This document shows positions 31,140-39,948 of a stretch of 64,000 nt of DNA, one piece after another. The first letter of the stretch is position 1; the number at the start of each line of letters is the position of its first letter. The translations under genes and the position numbers were made by a program. The stretch covers positions 186,001 through 250,000 of the IMG/VR virus record IMGVR_UViG_3300032236_001850, one strand, 5' to 3'. A model generated the notes under the pieces. It had not been told where the DNA came from, made no database searches, and worked only from the letters and a program-made list of their open reading frames with translations.

Positions 31140-31427
31140 ATGTCTAAAGTAGTAAACGTCAAGACCGACCAATATGATGTTTATATAGGAAGACCATCAA
31201 AATGGGGTAATCCATATTCACATAAGGAAGGCACATTAGCAGAGTTTAAAGTTGCTTCGAGAAAAGAAGCAATTGATAAGTATGAGGAATATCTTCTTCA
31301 GAACAACGAGCTAATGGATTCGCTACACGAGATTAAAGGAAAAACTCTAGGATGTTGGTGTAAACCAAAAAGATGTCACGGAGAAATATTAGTAAAATAT
31401 GCTAATAAAGGAAACAAGTTATTTTAA
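31140..31427 (+). CDS. DUF4326 family protein
   Basis: YIGRPSKWGNPY, GKTLGCWCKP..CHG. Confidence 0.88.
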   Translation: MSKVVNVKTDQYDVYIGRPSKWGNPYSHKEGTLAEFKVASRKEAIDKYEEYLLQNNELMDSLHEIKGKTLGCWCKPKRCHGEILVKYANKGNKLF

Positions 31428-31494
31428 AAATATAATAGAACAAATGAAAGCAATCACAGACAGCTCGTAGACCATAATTGTTAGATAAGCAATT

Positions 31495-31728
31495 ATGACT
31501 CAGAAATTGAGAATTTGGAGAGTAGTTCCTACCAGTAAGACTGGTGTTCAGGCTCCCACTTTTTTCGTAGAGACTACGGAAGAAGGACGCGAGAAGGCAG
31601 AGCAATCTGCAACTAAACAAGCAAGACAAAGATCTGGCTTGGGTTCATTTGAAAACTGGAACTTTAACATCACTAAGATGGAAGTTAGAGTTGATAGATT
31701 TGGCAGATACGTCAAACATCACCAGTAA
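31495..31728 (+). CDS. hypothetical protein
   Basis: ORF inside tRNA array. Confidence 0.7.
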   Translation: MTQKLRIWRVVPTSKTGVQAPTFFVETTEEGREKAEQSATKQARQRSGLGSFENWNFNITKMEVRVDRFGRYVKHHQ

Positions 31729-31770
31729 CAGTGATTGTTTTCATAGGTTCAATTTAAAAACCTATGAATT

Positions 31771-31844
31771 GGCGGGGTAGCTCAGATGGTAGTAGCGTTG
31801 GAGTCATAACCCAAAGGTCAGCGGTTCGATCCCGCTCCCCGCTA
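31771..31844 (+). tRNA. tRNA-Met(CAT)
   Basis: Cloverleaf; loop GTCATAA. Confidence 0.88.
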
Positions 31845-31852
31845 CAAAATTT

Positions 31853-31925
31853 GGGGCTGTAGCTCAACTGGCTGAGCGCCTCCCTTGCACGGAGGAGGAT
31901 GTGGGTTCGAATCCCATCAGCTCCA
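31853..31925 (+). tRNA. tRNA-Ala(TGC)
   Basis: Cloverleaf; G3:U70. Confidence 0.95.
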
Positions 31926-31988
31926 CAAAATATTTTTAATAATGAAAAAGAAATTCGACATGTATTAGGTAAAATAACCTAATACAAC

Positions 31989-32219
31989 ATGAAAACAAAA
32001 AAGAGATGGTCTTGGACCGAAGCACAAAGAAGACGCCACACAAAAGGCAGATATCATTATTGGAATAACGTTCCTGCTGACTTCGTTAGACAATTTAACA
32101 AAGCAAACAGAACAAAAGAAAAAGTATCAATGCATGAATTCATCAGAGGTGGAGATCTAGATTTCATAGATTTCACACCAAAGTATTCTAAGAGATGCGC
32201 AGGGTGGATTTATTTTTAA
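31989..32219 (+). CDS. basic hypothetical protein
   Basis: ORF inside tRNA array. Confidence 0.65.
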   Translation: MKTKKRWSWTEAQRRRHTKGRYHYWNNVPADFVRQFNKANRTKEKVSMHEFIRGGDLDFIDFTPKYSKRCAGWIYF

Positions 32220-32229
32220 AATAAGAAAG

Positions 32230-32799
32230 ATGGCAAGAAAAAAAGAAGAAACAGGTTTAAAATTTTATGAGATATCACAAAACAATAGTGGAGGTTCGTT
32301 TATAACGAATGACAAACTATGTCACAGATTATTCATAGAAGCAAACAGCTCAAGCGAAGCAGATTCTATCGCTGAAGATCTTGGATGTTATTGGAACGGT
32401 GTTGATGAAGATATGGACTGTCCGTGTTGCGGAGATCGTTGGTACGGTTCACATTCTGTTGATATAACTTCTATGACAAAAGAAAAAGACAGCAGATATC
32501 CGGTTGAAAGATGGGTTAATGCAAAAGGTCTTAGTGCTGAAGATGAATTGAAAGTATTGCTTGAGCGATATTCAGGAATGGAATGGATTGAAGCTCCATC
32601 GATAAATGAAAAATACGGATCTCGAATAATTGAGGGATCTATTAAACTTAATAGCATAGAAGATTATGTACAGGTAGTTGCTGATCAGTATGGTTGGACC
32701 TATCCGGATGCTAGAATATTCTACTATGACGGAAGGGTAAAAGAGATATTCTCGTCCAATGTGGAAGCACCCAAGAAAAAGAAAAATAAAATAGTCTGA
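32230..32799 (+). CDS. conserved phage protein
   Basis: QNNSGG and DCPCCGDRW. Confidence 0.75.
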   Translation: MARKKEETGLKFYEISQNNSGGSFITNDKLCHRLFIEANSSSEADSIAEDLGCYWNGVDEDMDCPCCGDRWYGSHSVDITSMTKEKDSRYPVERWVNAKGLSAEDELKVLLERYSGMEWIEAPSINEKYGSRIIEGSIKLNSIEDYVQVVADQYGWTYPDARIFYYDGRVKEIFSSNVEAPKKKKNKIV

Positions 32800-32816
32800 T
32801 AGAGATATCAGCAACT

Positions 32817-32891
32817 GGTTCATTAACTCAGTTGGTTCAGAGTGCAACTCCTACAAAGTTGAAGTCATAGGTTCGAATCCTATATGAACTA
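32817..32891 (+). tRNA. tRNA-Val(TAC)
   Basis: Cloverleaf; loop CCTACAA (C33). Confidence 0.85.
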
Positions 32892-32942
32892 CAAGCACAC
32901 AGAAAAGAGAAGGTTCGAAGATATATAGAATAAAAATTAAAA

Positions 32943-33623
32943 ATGTATATTTGCGAAAAATGTAATTCCAATCACAATGGCGAATATGGCTCGGGAAGAT
33001 TTTGTTCACCGAAGTGCAGCAGATCATATAGCACATCATTAAATAGAATATCAATTAATGAAAAAATAGGCAAAGCTATAAAAGGGTCGGGTAATCCACC
33101 ATCCATAAAAAATTGCATATATTGTGGAAATGAATTCATAGCTTCGTGGAAAAGAAAAGATCAAAAAAGCTGTTCAATGTCTTGTTCTATGAAATCCAAT
33201 TGGGAGAATCCTGAATATAAAAAAAATATTACGGAAAAAAATAAAGCAAGATGCATTGATATAAACGAGAGGAACCGGATGAGGGATATTGGTAGAAAGG
33301 GGGGATTTGGGAAAAAAGGTACAACAGAGGGTGGTACCAGATATGATTCAAATCTAGAAAAAATTTGTTTTGAATATCTTGAATCAAAAAATATCAAATT
33401 CGAAGCTCATAAAAATATACCTAATTCATCTAAGATTAGCGATGTATATTTAATAGACCAGAATATCTGGATCGAATTGGATGGAATAAACAGAGAAAAA
33501 AGAAAAGACTGGCTAGGAAAGGATTACGAATACTGGTTAGAAAAAATAATCATATACAAAAGAGAATCCTTAGATATGCGAATAGCATACAATTTGGGTG
33601 ATTTAATTAGGATAATAGAATGA
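32943..33623 (+). CDS. free-standing PD-(D/E)XK endonuclease
   Basis: N-terminus paralogous to 30361; S.LE, SD.Y, WIELDG. Confidence 0.8.
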   Translation: MYICEKCNSNHNGEYGSGRFCSPKCSRSYSTSLNRISINEKIGKAIKGSGNPPSIKNCIYCGNEFIASWKRKDQKSCSMSCSMKSNWENPEYKKNITEKNKARCIDINERNRMRDIGRKGGFGKKGTTEGGTRYDSNLEKICFEYLESKNIKFEAHKNIPNSSKISDVYLIDQNIWIELDGINREKRKDWLGKDYEYWLEKIIIYKRESLDMRIAYNLGDLIRIIE

Positions 33624-33815
33624 GATCCAATTAGTTCGAAAGAGCAAAAAAGGAGGAATAAGATGAACAGACGAAAGTCATCACCAAAGGGTAGAAAATA
33701 GATGTTATTCTGAGTATGGAGCGACGGCTCTAGGAAGGTTCGATTCCTTCACATCACATTTCAAGAGTATGGATAAATGGTGTTAGTAGCGGTCTAAAGT
33801 CTGAATTGGATCTCA
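33621..33815 (+). ncRNA. unidentified ~195-nt structured RNA with T-arm-like hairpin
   Basis: 12-bp closing stem TGAGATCCAATT/AATTGGATCTCA; GAAA tetraloops; GAAGG-TTCGATT-CCTTC. Confidence 0.6.
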
Positions 33816-33905
33816 ATAGGAAATGAAGCTCACAAAGCCCCTCATTTGTAGATCAATTTCGAGCATTTTTGAGCTTAAAGTTGGGTCCACTGTGAGCTTC
33901 AAATT

Positions 33906-33995
33906 GATCGGGTAATATAATGGCAGTATAGGTCGGGGGTCTTACGTGAGTAAGTGGCCTCTGGTCGTGCACAGGTTCGACTCCTGTTCTGATCA
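33906..33995 (+). ncRNA. tRNA-like RNA with extended, GNRA-capped anticodon arm
   Basis: Acceptor, D and T arms present; anticodon loop replaced by TTAC-GTGA-GTAA. Confidence 0.7.
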
Positions 33996-34016
33996 CTAAT
34001 TTTTAAACATTTCGAA

Positions 34017-34406
34017 ATGGACAAGGAAAGATTGGAATCATTAGCTAATAGATTATTGGAGATTCCTGCAAAGGTTGTAGAAGCGCAGTTGGAGTTATTG
34101 ACATTAACTGAAACTTCACAATCCCAATCAGAGAGGATCACTCAGATTGAATCTGTAATTAAAACAGAAATAAGTGCTGCTGTTGACGGAGCTGGTAAAA
34201 AAGCTTATAGCAACGCAGAAGCAAGAGATGCTGCTTTTATTGAAAAGACTACAGATAATTACGAATTATCCGTTGCTAAAACAGATCTTGCTAAAACACA
34301 AAGATCTGTACAGGAGAAAAGAATCAAAATAGAAGCTCTCGGAAACGAACAAAGAAATATAAGAGCAGTTCTTTATTTCATAGGAGGCGGAGAAGGAGCA
34401 ATCTAA
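34017..34406 (+). CDS. coiled-coil hypothetical protein
   Basis: Heptad pattern; YSNAEARDA. Confidence 0.75.
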   Translation: MDKERLESLANRLLEIPAKVVEAQLELLTLTETSQSQSERITQIESVIKTEISAAVDGAGKKAYSNAEARDAAFIEKTTDNYELSVAKTDLAKTQRSVQEKRIKIEALGNEQRNIRAVLYFIGGGEGAI

Positions 34407-34469
34407 GAATTTGTCACCAAGGGTCGGCCCATTGGGGGTGATTAAGAAATACCCATAAACCCCGGCCAC

Positions 34470-34538
34470 GGGATAAAAGCACAAGCGGATGTGCAATCGC
34501 TAAACAGCGAGAGGCAGGGTTCGAGTCCCAATATTCCA
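34470..34538 (+). pseudogene. tRNA-like RNA with collapsed anticodon loop
   Basis: D arm GCAC/GTGC; TCGCT-AAAC-AGCGA; T loop TTCGAGT. Confidence 0.55.
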
Positions 34539-34553
34539 CTAAAAATTGAAAAC

Positions 34554-35027
34554 ATGACACTAAAGGATAAAATCAATGCTGATTATATTACAGCATTCAA
34601 GGCAAAAGACACTGTAGCAAAAAGTGCATTAAGTGGTTTAAAGTCAAAAATTCTAGAAGCTGAGAAATCTGGACCTGCTGGTACAGAGCTTAGTGATGCA
34701 GATGTTTTAAAGATTGTCATAAGCACAATTAAACAAAGAAAACAATCGGTTGAGGAATTTACAAAGGCAGGTAGAATGGATCTTGTTGAACAGGAAACAT
34801 TAGAGCTAGCACCAATTGAAGCTTATCTTCCTAAACAAATGGACGATTCTGAAATCACTTCAGCAGTGAAGGAACTTATAGCTGAGTTTGATGGAGCAAA
34901 CCTTAATATACAAGCTCTTACAGGTAAAGTTATTGGTGCTTTCAATAAAAAGTTTCCAGGTATGGCAAGTCCAGTTAAAGTGAAAGAAATTATTACAGAA
35001 AATATTGTTGAAAAAATTATAAATTAA
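34554..35027 (+). CDS. yqeY: GatB/YqeY domain protein
   Basis: LKDKI..D...A.KAKD, IKQRK.S.E.F.KAGR.DL...E..E...IE.YLPKQM. Confidence 0.9.
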   Translation: MTLKDKINADYITAFKAKDTVAKSALSGLKSKILEAEKSGPAGTELSDADVLKIVISTIKQRKQSVEEFTKAGRMDLVEQETLELAPIEAYLPKQMDDSEITSAVKELIAEFDGANLNIQALTGKVIGAFNKKFPGMASPVKVKEIITENIVEKIIN

Positions 35028-35086
35028 TTTTTTTATTCCGAAAGGATGCCATATATTTGCATCATAATAATTAAACACATTTAAAA

Positions 35087-35260
35087 ATGGCAACAACCCA
35101 AAGAAGATCTAGACAAGCAAGAGCATTGTCTATGTTGGAGGCACAATTGAAAAGCGGTGTTAAAACCGAAAAAGGTACAAGAGATACCAAAATTGCATTA
35201 ACAGACTCTGACGTCAAGAGATTGAATAAAGAGATCGCTATATTGCAATCTAGGTTATAA
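35087..35260 (+). CDS. small basic protein (not in ORF track)
   Basis: 57-aa ORF directly after a TATATTTG promoter. Confidence 0.65.
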   Translation: MATTQRRSRQARALSMLEAQLKSGVKTEKGTRDTKIALTDSDVKRLNKEIAILQSRL

Positions 35261-35264
35261 TAAG

Positions 35265-35431
35265 TTAATTCTCTGTGTGTCCGTAGAGGCGAATTTCCAA
35301 AGTGTAACCTAATACGTGAGAAAGGAAGGCGGTATCTAAGTGCTGATTAGCTGCAACTGAGTCTATAGGGCGATTCAGCGAAAGGGGAAACACATTTATT
35401 GCTACTTGTAGATGGAGGCACGGAGAATTAA
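35265..35431 (+). ncRNA. unidentified ~165-nt structured RNA
   Basis: Closing stem TTAATTCTCTGTGT/GCACGGAGAATTAA with G-U pairs; internal CTGAGTC/GATTCAG. Confidence 0.6.
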
Positions 35432-35435
35432 ATAA

Positions 35436-35509
35436 GGTCCCGTAGTTCAGCGGAAGAATTCCAGAATACGGATCTGGAGACGGGGGTTCGAATCCCTCCG
35501 GGATCTCCA
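35436..35509 (+). tRNA. tRNA-Arg(ACG)
   Basis: Cloverleaf; encoded CCA. Confidence 0.9.
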
Positions 35510-35516
35510 AAAAATA

Positions 35517-35590
35517 CGGTAGGTAGCTCAGTTGGTTAGAGCGTCTCGCTGATACCGAGAAGGCCGGAGGTTCAAGTCCTCCTCTACCGA
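35517..35590 (+). tRNA. tRNA-Ile(GAT)
   Basis: Cloverleaf; loop CTGATAC. Confidence 0.92.
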
Positions 35591-35594
35591 CAAA

Positions 35595-35759
35595 AACGTT
35601 CTTAGAAATATTGGTTAGTGGTAAATTGAAAGGTTACTTCGTTTTTTAGCCCAGTTGGTAGGGCGTAAATTTTTGGTATTTAAGGTCGTGGGTTCAACTC
35701 CCACAAAAACTATTAGCTCCCTTTCTAAATATTCCCTTCCCAATATCTCTAAGCACGTT
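35595..35759 (+). ncRNA. Y-RNA-like unit 1 (colinear tRNA module, TTG loop)
   Basis: AGTGGT..GTTACTTCG..ATTCCCT scaffold enclosing D, anticodon and T arms; near TROVE gene. Confidence 0.75.
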
Positions 35760-35849
35760 AAATTTTAAAAAAATATTGATTTTTTTATGAAACAAAGAGG
35801 ATTTCCTCACATATAAAGATCACAAAACGTTCATTGAAAAGATAATTTA

Positions 35850-35984
35850 TTGTAAGTGGTAACGGAATATGAGTTACTTCGTTTTTTAGCTCATTTGGTA
35901 GAGCAAGAGTCTCTTAAACTTTAGGTAGCTGGTTCAACTCCGGCAAAAACATCCATTGAAACTCACCCGGACATTCCCTTACAA
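35850..35984 (+). ncRNA. Y-RNA-like unit 2 (colinear tRNA module, CTT loop)
   Basis: Same scaffold; TTGTAAG/CTTACAA terminal stem. Confidence 0.8.
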
Positions 35985-35990
35985 AACATA

Positions 35991-36149
35991 TTATAAGTGG
36001 TCAGTAAAATAGTTACTTCGCATGCATTGAAAGCACGGTGTCGGTGGTTCGAATCCATCTTCCCCCACTAAACAAATTAAAAATTTGGGGGAATAGCTCA
36101 GTTGGTAGAGCACGTTAGAAAAAACGCTATTTACATCATTCCCTTATAA
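35991..36149 (+). ncRNA. Y-RNA-like unit 3 (circularly permuted, YrlA-like)
   Basis: T arm, then loop-closed acceptor TTCCCCC/GGGGGAA, then D arm. Confidence 0.8.
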
Positions 36150-36156
36150 AGCATAC

Positions 36157-36300
36157 GACAGTAGTAAGTATAGAAGTTACATCGCACATCGGTTCGACTC
36201 CGATAGTTTCCGCCAAAACTGGAAATTTAGACAAGTGGTTAAGTCATCTGACAGTAAATCAGACATTAAATTGTTCACACTTCTTACATCATTCTCTGTT
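36157..36300 (+). ncRNA. Y-RNA-like unit 4 (permuted, retains anticodon arm with GTA)
   Basis: T arm, AGTTTCC-GCCA/GGAAATT, D arm, TCTGA-CAGTAAA-TCAGA. Confidence 0.75.
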
Positions 36301-36308
36301 AGTTTTAT

Positions 36309-36346
36309 AAAGGGATTAGGACGCCAAGCGACTTAATCCCTTTTTT
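36309..36346 (+). terminator. intrinsic terminator after the Y-RNA array
   Basis: GGGATTAGG/CTTAATCCC plus T run. Confidence 0.75.
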
Positions 36347-36393
36347 ATTAGAGTAAATTTAAAAGTAAAATATAAAAACAAAAATTAGAAATT

Positions 36394-37317
36394 ATGAAAA
36401 GAAATTCATTAGCATCAAAAGGATTATCAATGTCTCAAGCTCAATCTGTATCAAATCTTTGCAACCAAAGATCTAAAGATATTACTGCAGCTTTAGCAGA
36501 CATCAACAACGCATCAAAAACGATAAGAATCTCCAAGGAGGATCATCAGTTAACTGCTGCAAAACCTTTGCCTGAGAATGTTGTTGAACTTCTTAAGAAT
36601 AAGGCAAGGTTGCATGCAACACAGGCTTTCCTAATGGAGAACATAAAAGCCAAGGACGAATTAATAAACTCGATCAAAAGAGAATATTTTGATTACGAGG
36701 ATCAAAATCCAGCTCCCACAAGAGAGCCTAATGTTCAACCTGAAGTTCTTGTTCAAGTTGGTGAGGATTGGGGTTGGGAACAACTCTCAATGGACGAGTA
36801 TAATGAATTCATTGAGGCTGAGGCTTATGCTTCACACATAGGTCAATTTATTCATAAAGGTGGAACATTAGATCGTCTGAGAGCTGAGCTACCAAAAATC
36901 CAGCTTCTTGAGTTCATGGAGGTTGAGATTGGAAAGAAAACTCCCGTTAAAGTCAACGTGCACCACAAGTCTGAGGAGCTGTTAAAAACTCATGAGGAGT
37001 TGGCAGCTCTTCATAGAGGTTACGAACAAAGAGTTAACTACTTCAAATCTAAGGTTAAGAATGCTGTAACCAAGGAGAACGCAAGGATTTCTAAAATTAA
37101 TGCTGACGCACAGGCAGAAGCTAACGAAAAGAATGCTCTTGTGATGAACGAGTATTCAAAAAAGAAAGAAACCTGGTTAGCAGATTACAAGAAAGCAAGT
37201 CTTGATTTTGAGACTGAGCGTCAAAATAGAATCAGCGAAGCTGTAAATCTTAAGATCCAGGTGGATGCTAGATTCCAACCAGTTGTTGATGAATTTTTGA
37301 AACAACTAGAAAAATAA
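36394..37317 (+). CDS. coiled-coil protein of unknown function
   Basis: 307 aa, helical; lies between the Y-like RNAs and the large ncRNA. Confidence 0.85.
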   Translation: MKRNSLASKGLSMSQAQSVSNLCNQRSKDITAALADINNASKTIRISKEDHQLTAAKPLPENVVELLKNKARLHATQAFLMENIKAKDELINSIKREYFDYEDQNPAPTREPNVQPEVLVQVGEDWGWEQLSMDEYNEFIEAEAYASHIGQFIHKGGTLDRLRAELPKIQLLEFMEVEIGKKTPVKVNVHHKSEELLKTHEELAALHRGYEQRVNYFKSKVKNAVTKENARISKINADAQAEANEKNALVMNEYSKKKETWLADYKKASLDFETERQNRISEAVNLKIQVDARFQPVVDEFLKQLEK

Positions 37318-37321
37318 AAAT

Positions 37322-37701
37322 AAATTGAGGTGCTGAAGGGGTAAGCACAAGCCGATTCCCCCGATGCTTTGATTCGGAGAGATAAGGTCCTTTAATTAAT
37401 GGCGTCAAGCCATTATCTTATAAGATAAATGACTATTAATCATATACAGCAATCAGAGGTTCCTTCGGGAGCCTCTATAACTCCGCTTCTTCTATAAAAT
37501 TAAACAAAACTGAGATAGAACTCAATTGTTAGACAAGTTACTGAAAGCCATAGAGAAAGAGAAATCTTTACCACTAGGCAGATAATTGGCTAACTACAGA
37601 GACTTAGTTTTTGTCCTTGCCTTTGCGATAGAGGAAGGTCTTTGACATTGATCTTGCATTTGACGTGGTCTATATGCTTTATCTTTCCGATAACTCAATT
37701 T
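37322..37701 (+). ncRNA. ~380-nt multi-branched structured RNA
   Basis: Nested long-range helices with G-U pairs; cUUCGg hairpin; no ORF of 60 aa or more. Confidence 0.7.
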
Positions 37702-37731
37702 TAAAATATTAACGAATAAACAATTATAATC

Positions 37732-39312
37732 ATGTCACGTTACAACCAAAAAGTAAAAAGAACTGTAGAGACAGTTACAAACCACCAAGGTGGTACAGGT
37801 GTGAAGTATGATCCAAAATTGGAATTAATTGCGATTCTTACTACTGGATTAGACAATTCATACTATGAAAAATTATCGGATAGAGAGAACAGATTTGTTC
37901 AACTTATTGACGAATTATCTAAGAAAGATATCGAATTCGTCGCGAAAGCGCTCGTATACGCGAGAACTGTTGTTGGTCAAAGATCAGTAACACACTTCGG
38001 TTCGGTGTCATTAGTTAAGCATTTATCAGGTTCTGCTATAGGTAGAAGATTCTTCTCTAAAAGAGATAAGAATGCTAAAACCGGAGGTATTGTATACCGT
38101 TTAGATGACGTATTAGAGATCATCGCAGCTTACCAACACTTCAATCCAGGTAAACCATTACCTAACTCGATGAAGAAAGGTTTCAAAGCAGCTTTGGAAT
38201 CAGCTGATGCGTACGAATTAGCTAAATATCAAGGTAAAGGTAAAGCAGTTTCGCTTGTAGATGTTGTTAACTTGGTTCGTCCAAAACCAACAACACCACA
38301 AATGGAAGGTGTTTTCAAAGATCTTATGACTGGTAAATTAAAACAGTTCAACACGGTTGAGGATAAAAACTCAAAAGCTGGACAAGATGTTGCTGCAAAA
38401 GTTAAATCTGGAGAAATCACTAAAGCACAAGCTGAGATTGAATTGACACAGTCTAAAGAAAGCAACTATGCTGAATTGATTAAAACAAGAAAAATTGGTT
38501 ACTTGGCATTGCTTCGTAACTTAAGAAACATCATCAACACGAGTTCAAACTCTGAATTGGTTAGCGGTGCATGTGAACTTTTAATCGATGAAAAATTGAT
38601 CAGAAAATCTTTGGTTTTCCCTCACCAAATCGATATTGCTTTGGAGATTCTTTTACAAGAAACTAGTGCTTCTGCATCCAGACCATTCGTTACAGCTTTA
38701 AATAAAGCCTACGAATTAGCAATACCAAACTTGGTTGAATTGTTCTCACACGGTAGAACAGCGGTTGTTATAGATACATCTGGATCTATGCACGGAATGG
38801 GTCACGGTGTTAAAATGAATGGTAAAGCTATCAATAAACACTGTATCGATAAGGCTGCTCTTATTGGAGCAACTTTAGCAAAAGGTATTGGTGCTGATTT
38901 ATATCAATTTGCAACAACAACTGAGAGTATTAGATACAACCCAGGTGATAGTATAAACACTATCAAAAACACATGTTTAAGCTTACAAGGTAGAGTTGGA
39001 CACGGTACGGACTTCGGTTCAATCTTCTCAACTTTACAGTCAAGTGGTAAATATGATCGTATCTTTATCATATCGGATTTACAAGGAGGTGATAGAATCG
39101 TTACAAACAGTTCTTTCCAATCCTATAAATCTAAGCATGGTGAACCGTTCATCTACACGGTAGATATTCAAGGATATGGTACAACCATGTTCAAACCAGG
39201 TAACAAATTAGTTCAACTTTTTGGTTACTCTGCTGATATCTACGAGATGATCAAAAAAGCTGAGATTGATCCAAAAGCAATTTTGAGAGAAATTGAAGCT
39301 ATCGTGATCTAA
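37732..39312 (+). CDS. Ro60/TROVE domain RNA-binding protein with vWA domain
   Basis: LAKYQG....VSL.DV..LV.PKP, ALLRNLRNI, DTSGSM MIDAS, GTD, IISD.Q. Confidence 0.93.
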   Translation: MSRYNQKVKRTVETVTNHQGGTGVKYDPKLELIAILTTGLDNSYYEKLSDRENRFVQLIDELSKKDIEFVAKALVYARTVVGQRSVTHFGSVSLVKHLSGSAIGRRFFSKRDKNAKTGGIVYRLDDVLEIIAAYQHFNPGKPLPNSMKKGFKAALESADAYELAKYQGKGKAVSLVDVVNLVRPKPTTPQMEGVFKDLMTGKLKQFNTVEDKNSKAGQDVAAKVKSGEITKAQAEIELTQSKESNYAELIKTRKIGYLALLRNLRNIINTSSNSELVSGACELLIDEKLIRKSLVFPHQIDIALEILLQETSASASRPFVTALNKAYELAIPNLVELFSHGRTAVVIDTSGSMHGMGHGVKMNGKAINKHCIDKAALIGATLAKGIGADLYQFATTTESIRYNPGDSINTIKNTCLSLQGRVGHGTDFGSIFSTLQSSGKYDRIFIISDLQGGDRIVTNSSFQSYKSKHGEPFIYTVDIQGYGTTMFKPGNKLVQLFGYSADIYEMIKKAEIDPKAILREIEAIVI

Positions 39313-39405
39313 TAAATCACCGTAAACAAAAAAGCCATTCGAAAGAATGGCTTTTTTTATTGTTATGGGAAATGATATATACAATAAAAAAATCAAATCA
39401 GTAAT

Positions 39406-39759
39406 ATGATACATCTATATGAATTCGAAAAATTCAATGAAAGTTTAAACATTGAAAATTACTGTCAAACATATCTTAAAGATTCGGGGTTTGATCATAG
39501 AATACTAAATAAAAATATTTTCATAACTCGTGGGGAAGGTAAACCTAAATTTACTTACGATGAAATTAAAAAACATCTTAGACCACTAGTTACATTTTTG
39601 GATAGAGATATGGGTGTAAAGGAAATAATTCTTAAGGAGAGTCCATCCAATAGAACCAGCAGAACAACAAGACACAGATGCACGGTTAAGGAATTCATGG
39701 GTGATACTAACACTGCAGCGAAATGCGAGCATTTAAGAGAAGTTGAAATAATTTTGTAA
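39406..39759 (+). CDS. putative virion protein
   Basis: MIHLYEFEKFNES; GATATATA upstream. Confidence 0.7.
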   Translation: MIHLYEFEKFNESLNIENYCQTYLKDSGFDHRILNKNIFITRGEGKPKFTYDEIKKHLRPLVTFLDRDMGVKEIILKESPSNRTSRTTRHRCTVKEFMGDTNTAAKCEHLREVEIIL

Positions 39760-39855
39760 TTTTTTCAAAAATATTTTTTTTATTCGAAACATTTCCTTAA
39801 ATTTGCATAAAATATTAAAATCAATTAGATATATAAATCTATAAAAATAAAAATC

Positions 39856-39948
39856 ATGTCACAAATACAGTACATATTAGATACATTACATTTAGATCAC
39901 ACAAGTTCAACTTGTGAATCGTCTATTGTGATGAGGAGAGAGTATTGA
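39856..39948 (+). CDS. leader peptide 2 (30 aa; not in ORF track)
   Basis: MSQIQYILDTLHLDHTSSTCESSIVMRREY between promoter and terminator. Confidence 0.75.
   Translation: MSQIQYILDTLHLDHTSSTCESSIVMRREY

Noticed and set aside
28027-33623. Group I introns housing the endonucleases
   Set aside because: The flanking tRNAs are uninterrupted and no intron core was recognised.
35595-36300. Calling the Y-like units ordinary tRNA genes or a CRISPR-like array
   Set aside because: Acceptor ends are short, loop-closed or embedded in a conserved enclosing helix, and the inserts are tRNA-derived rather than spacers.
36320-37406. Long-range pairing GACGCCA/TGGCGTC across the 307-aa gene
   Set aside because: Only 7 nt, and the partner is largely sequestered in a local hairpin.
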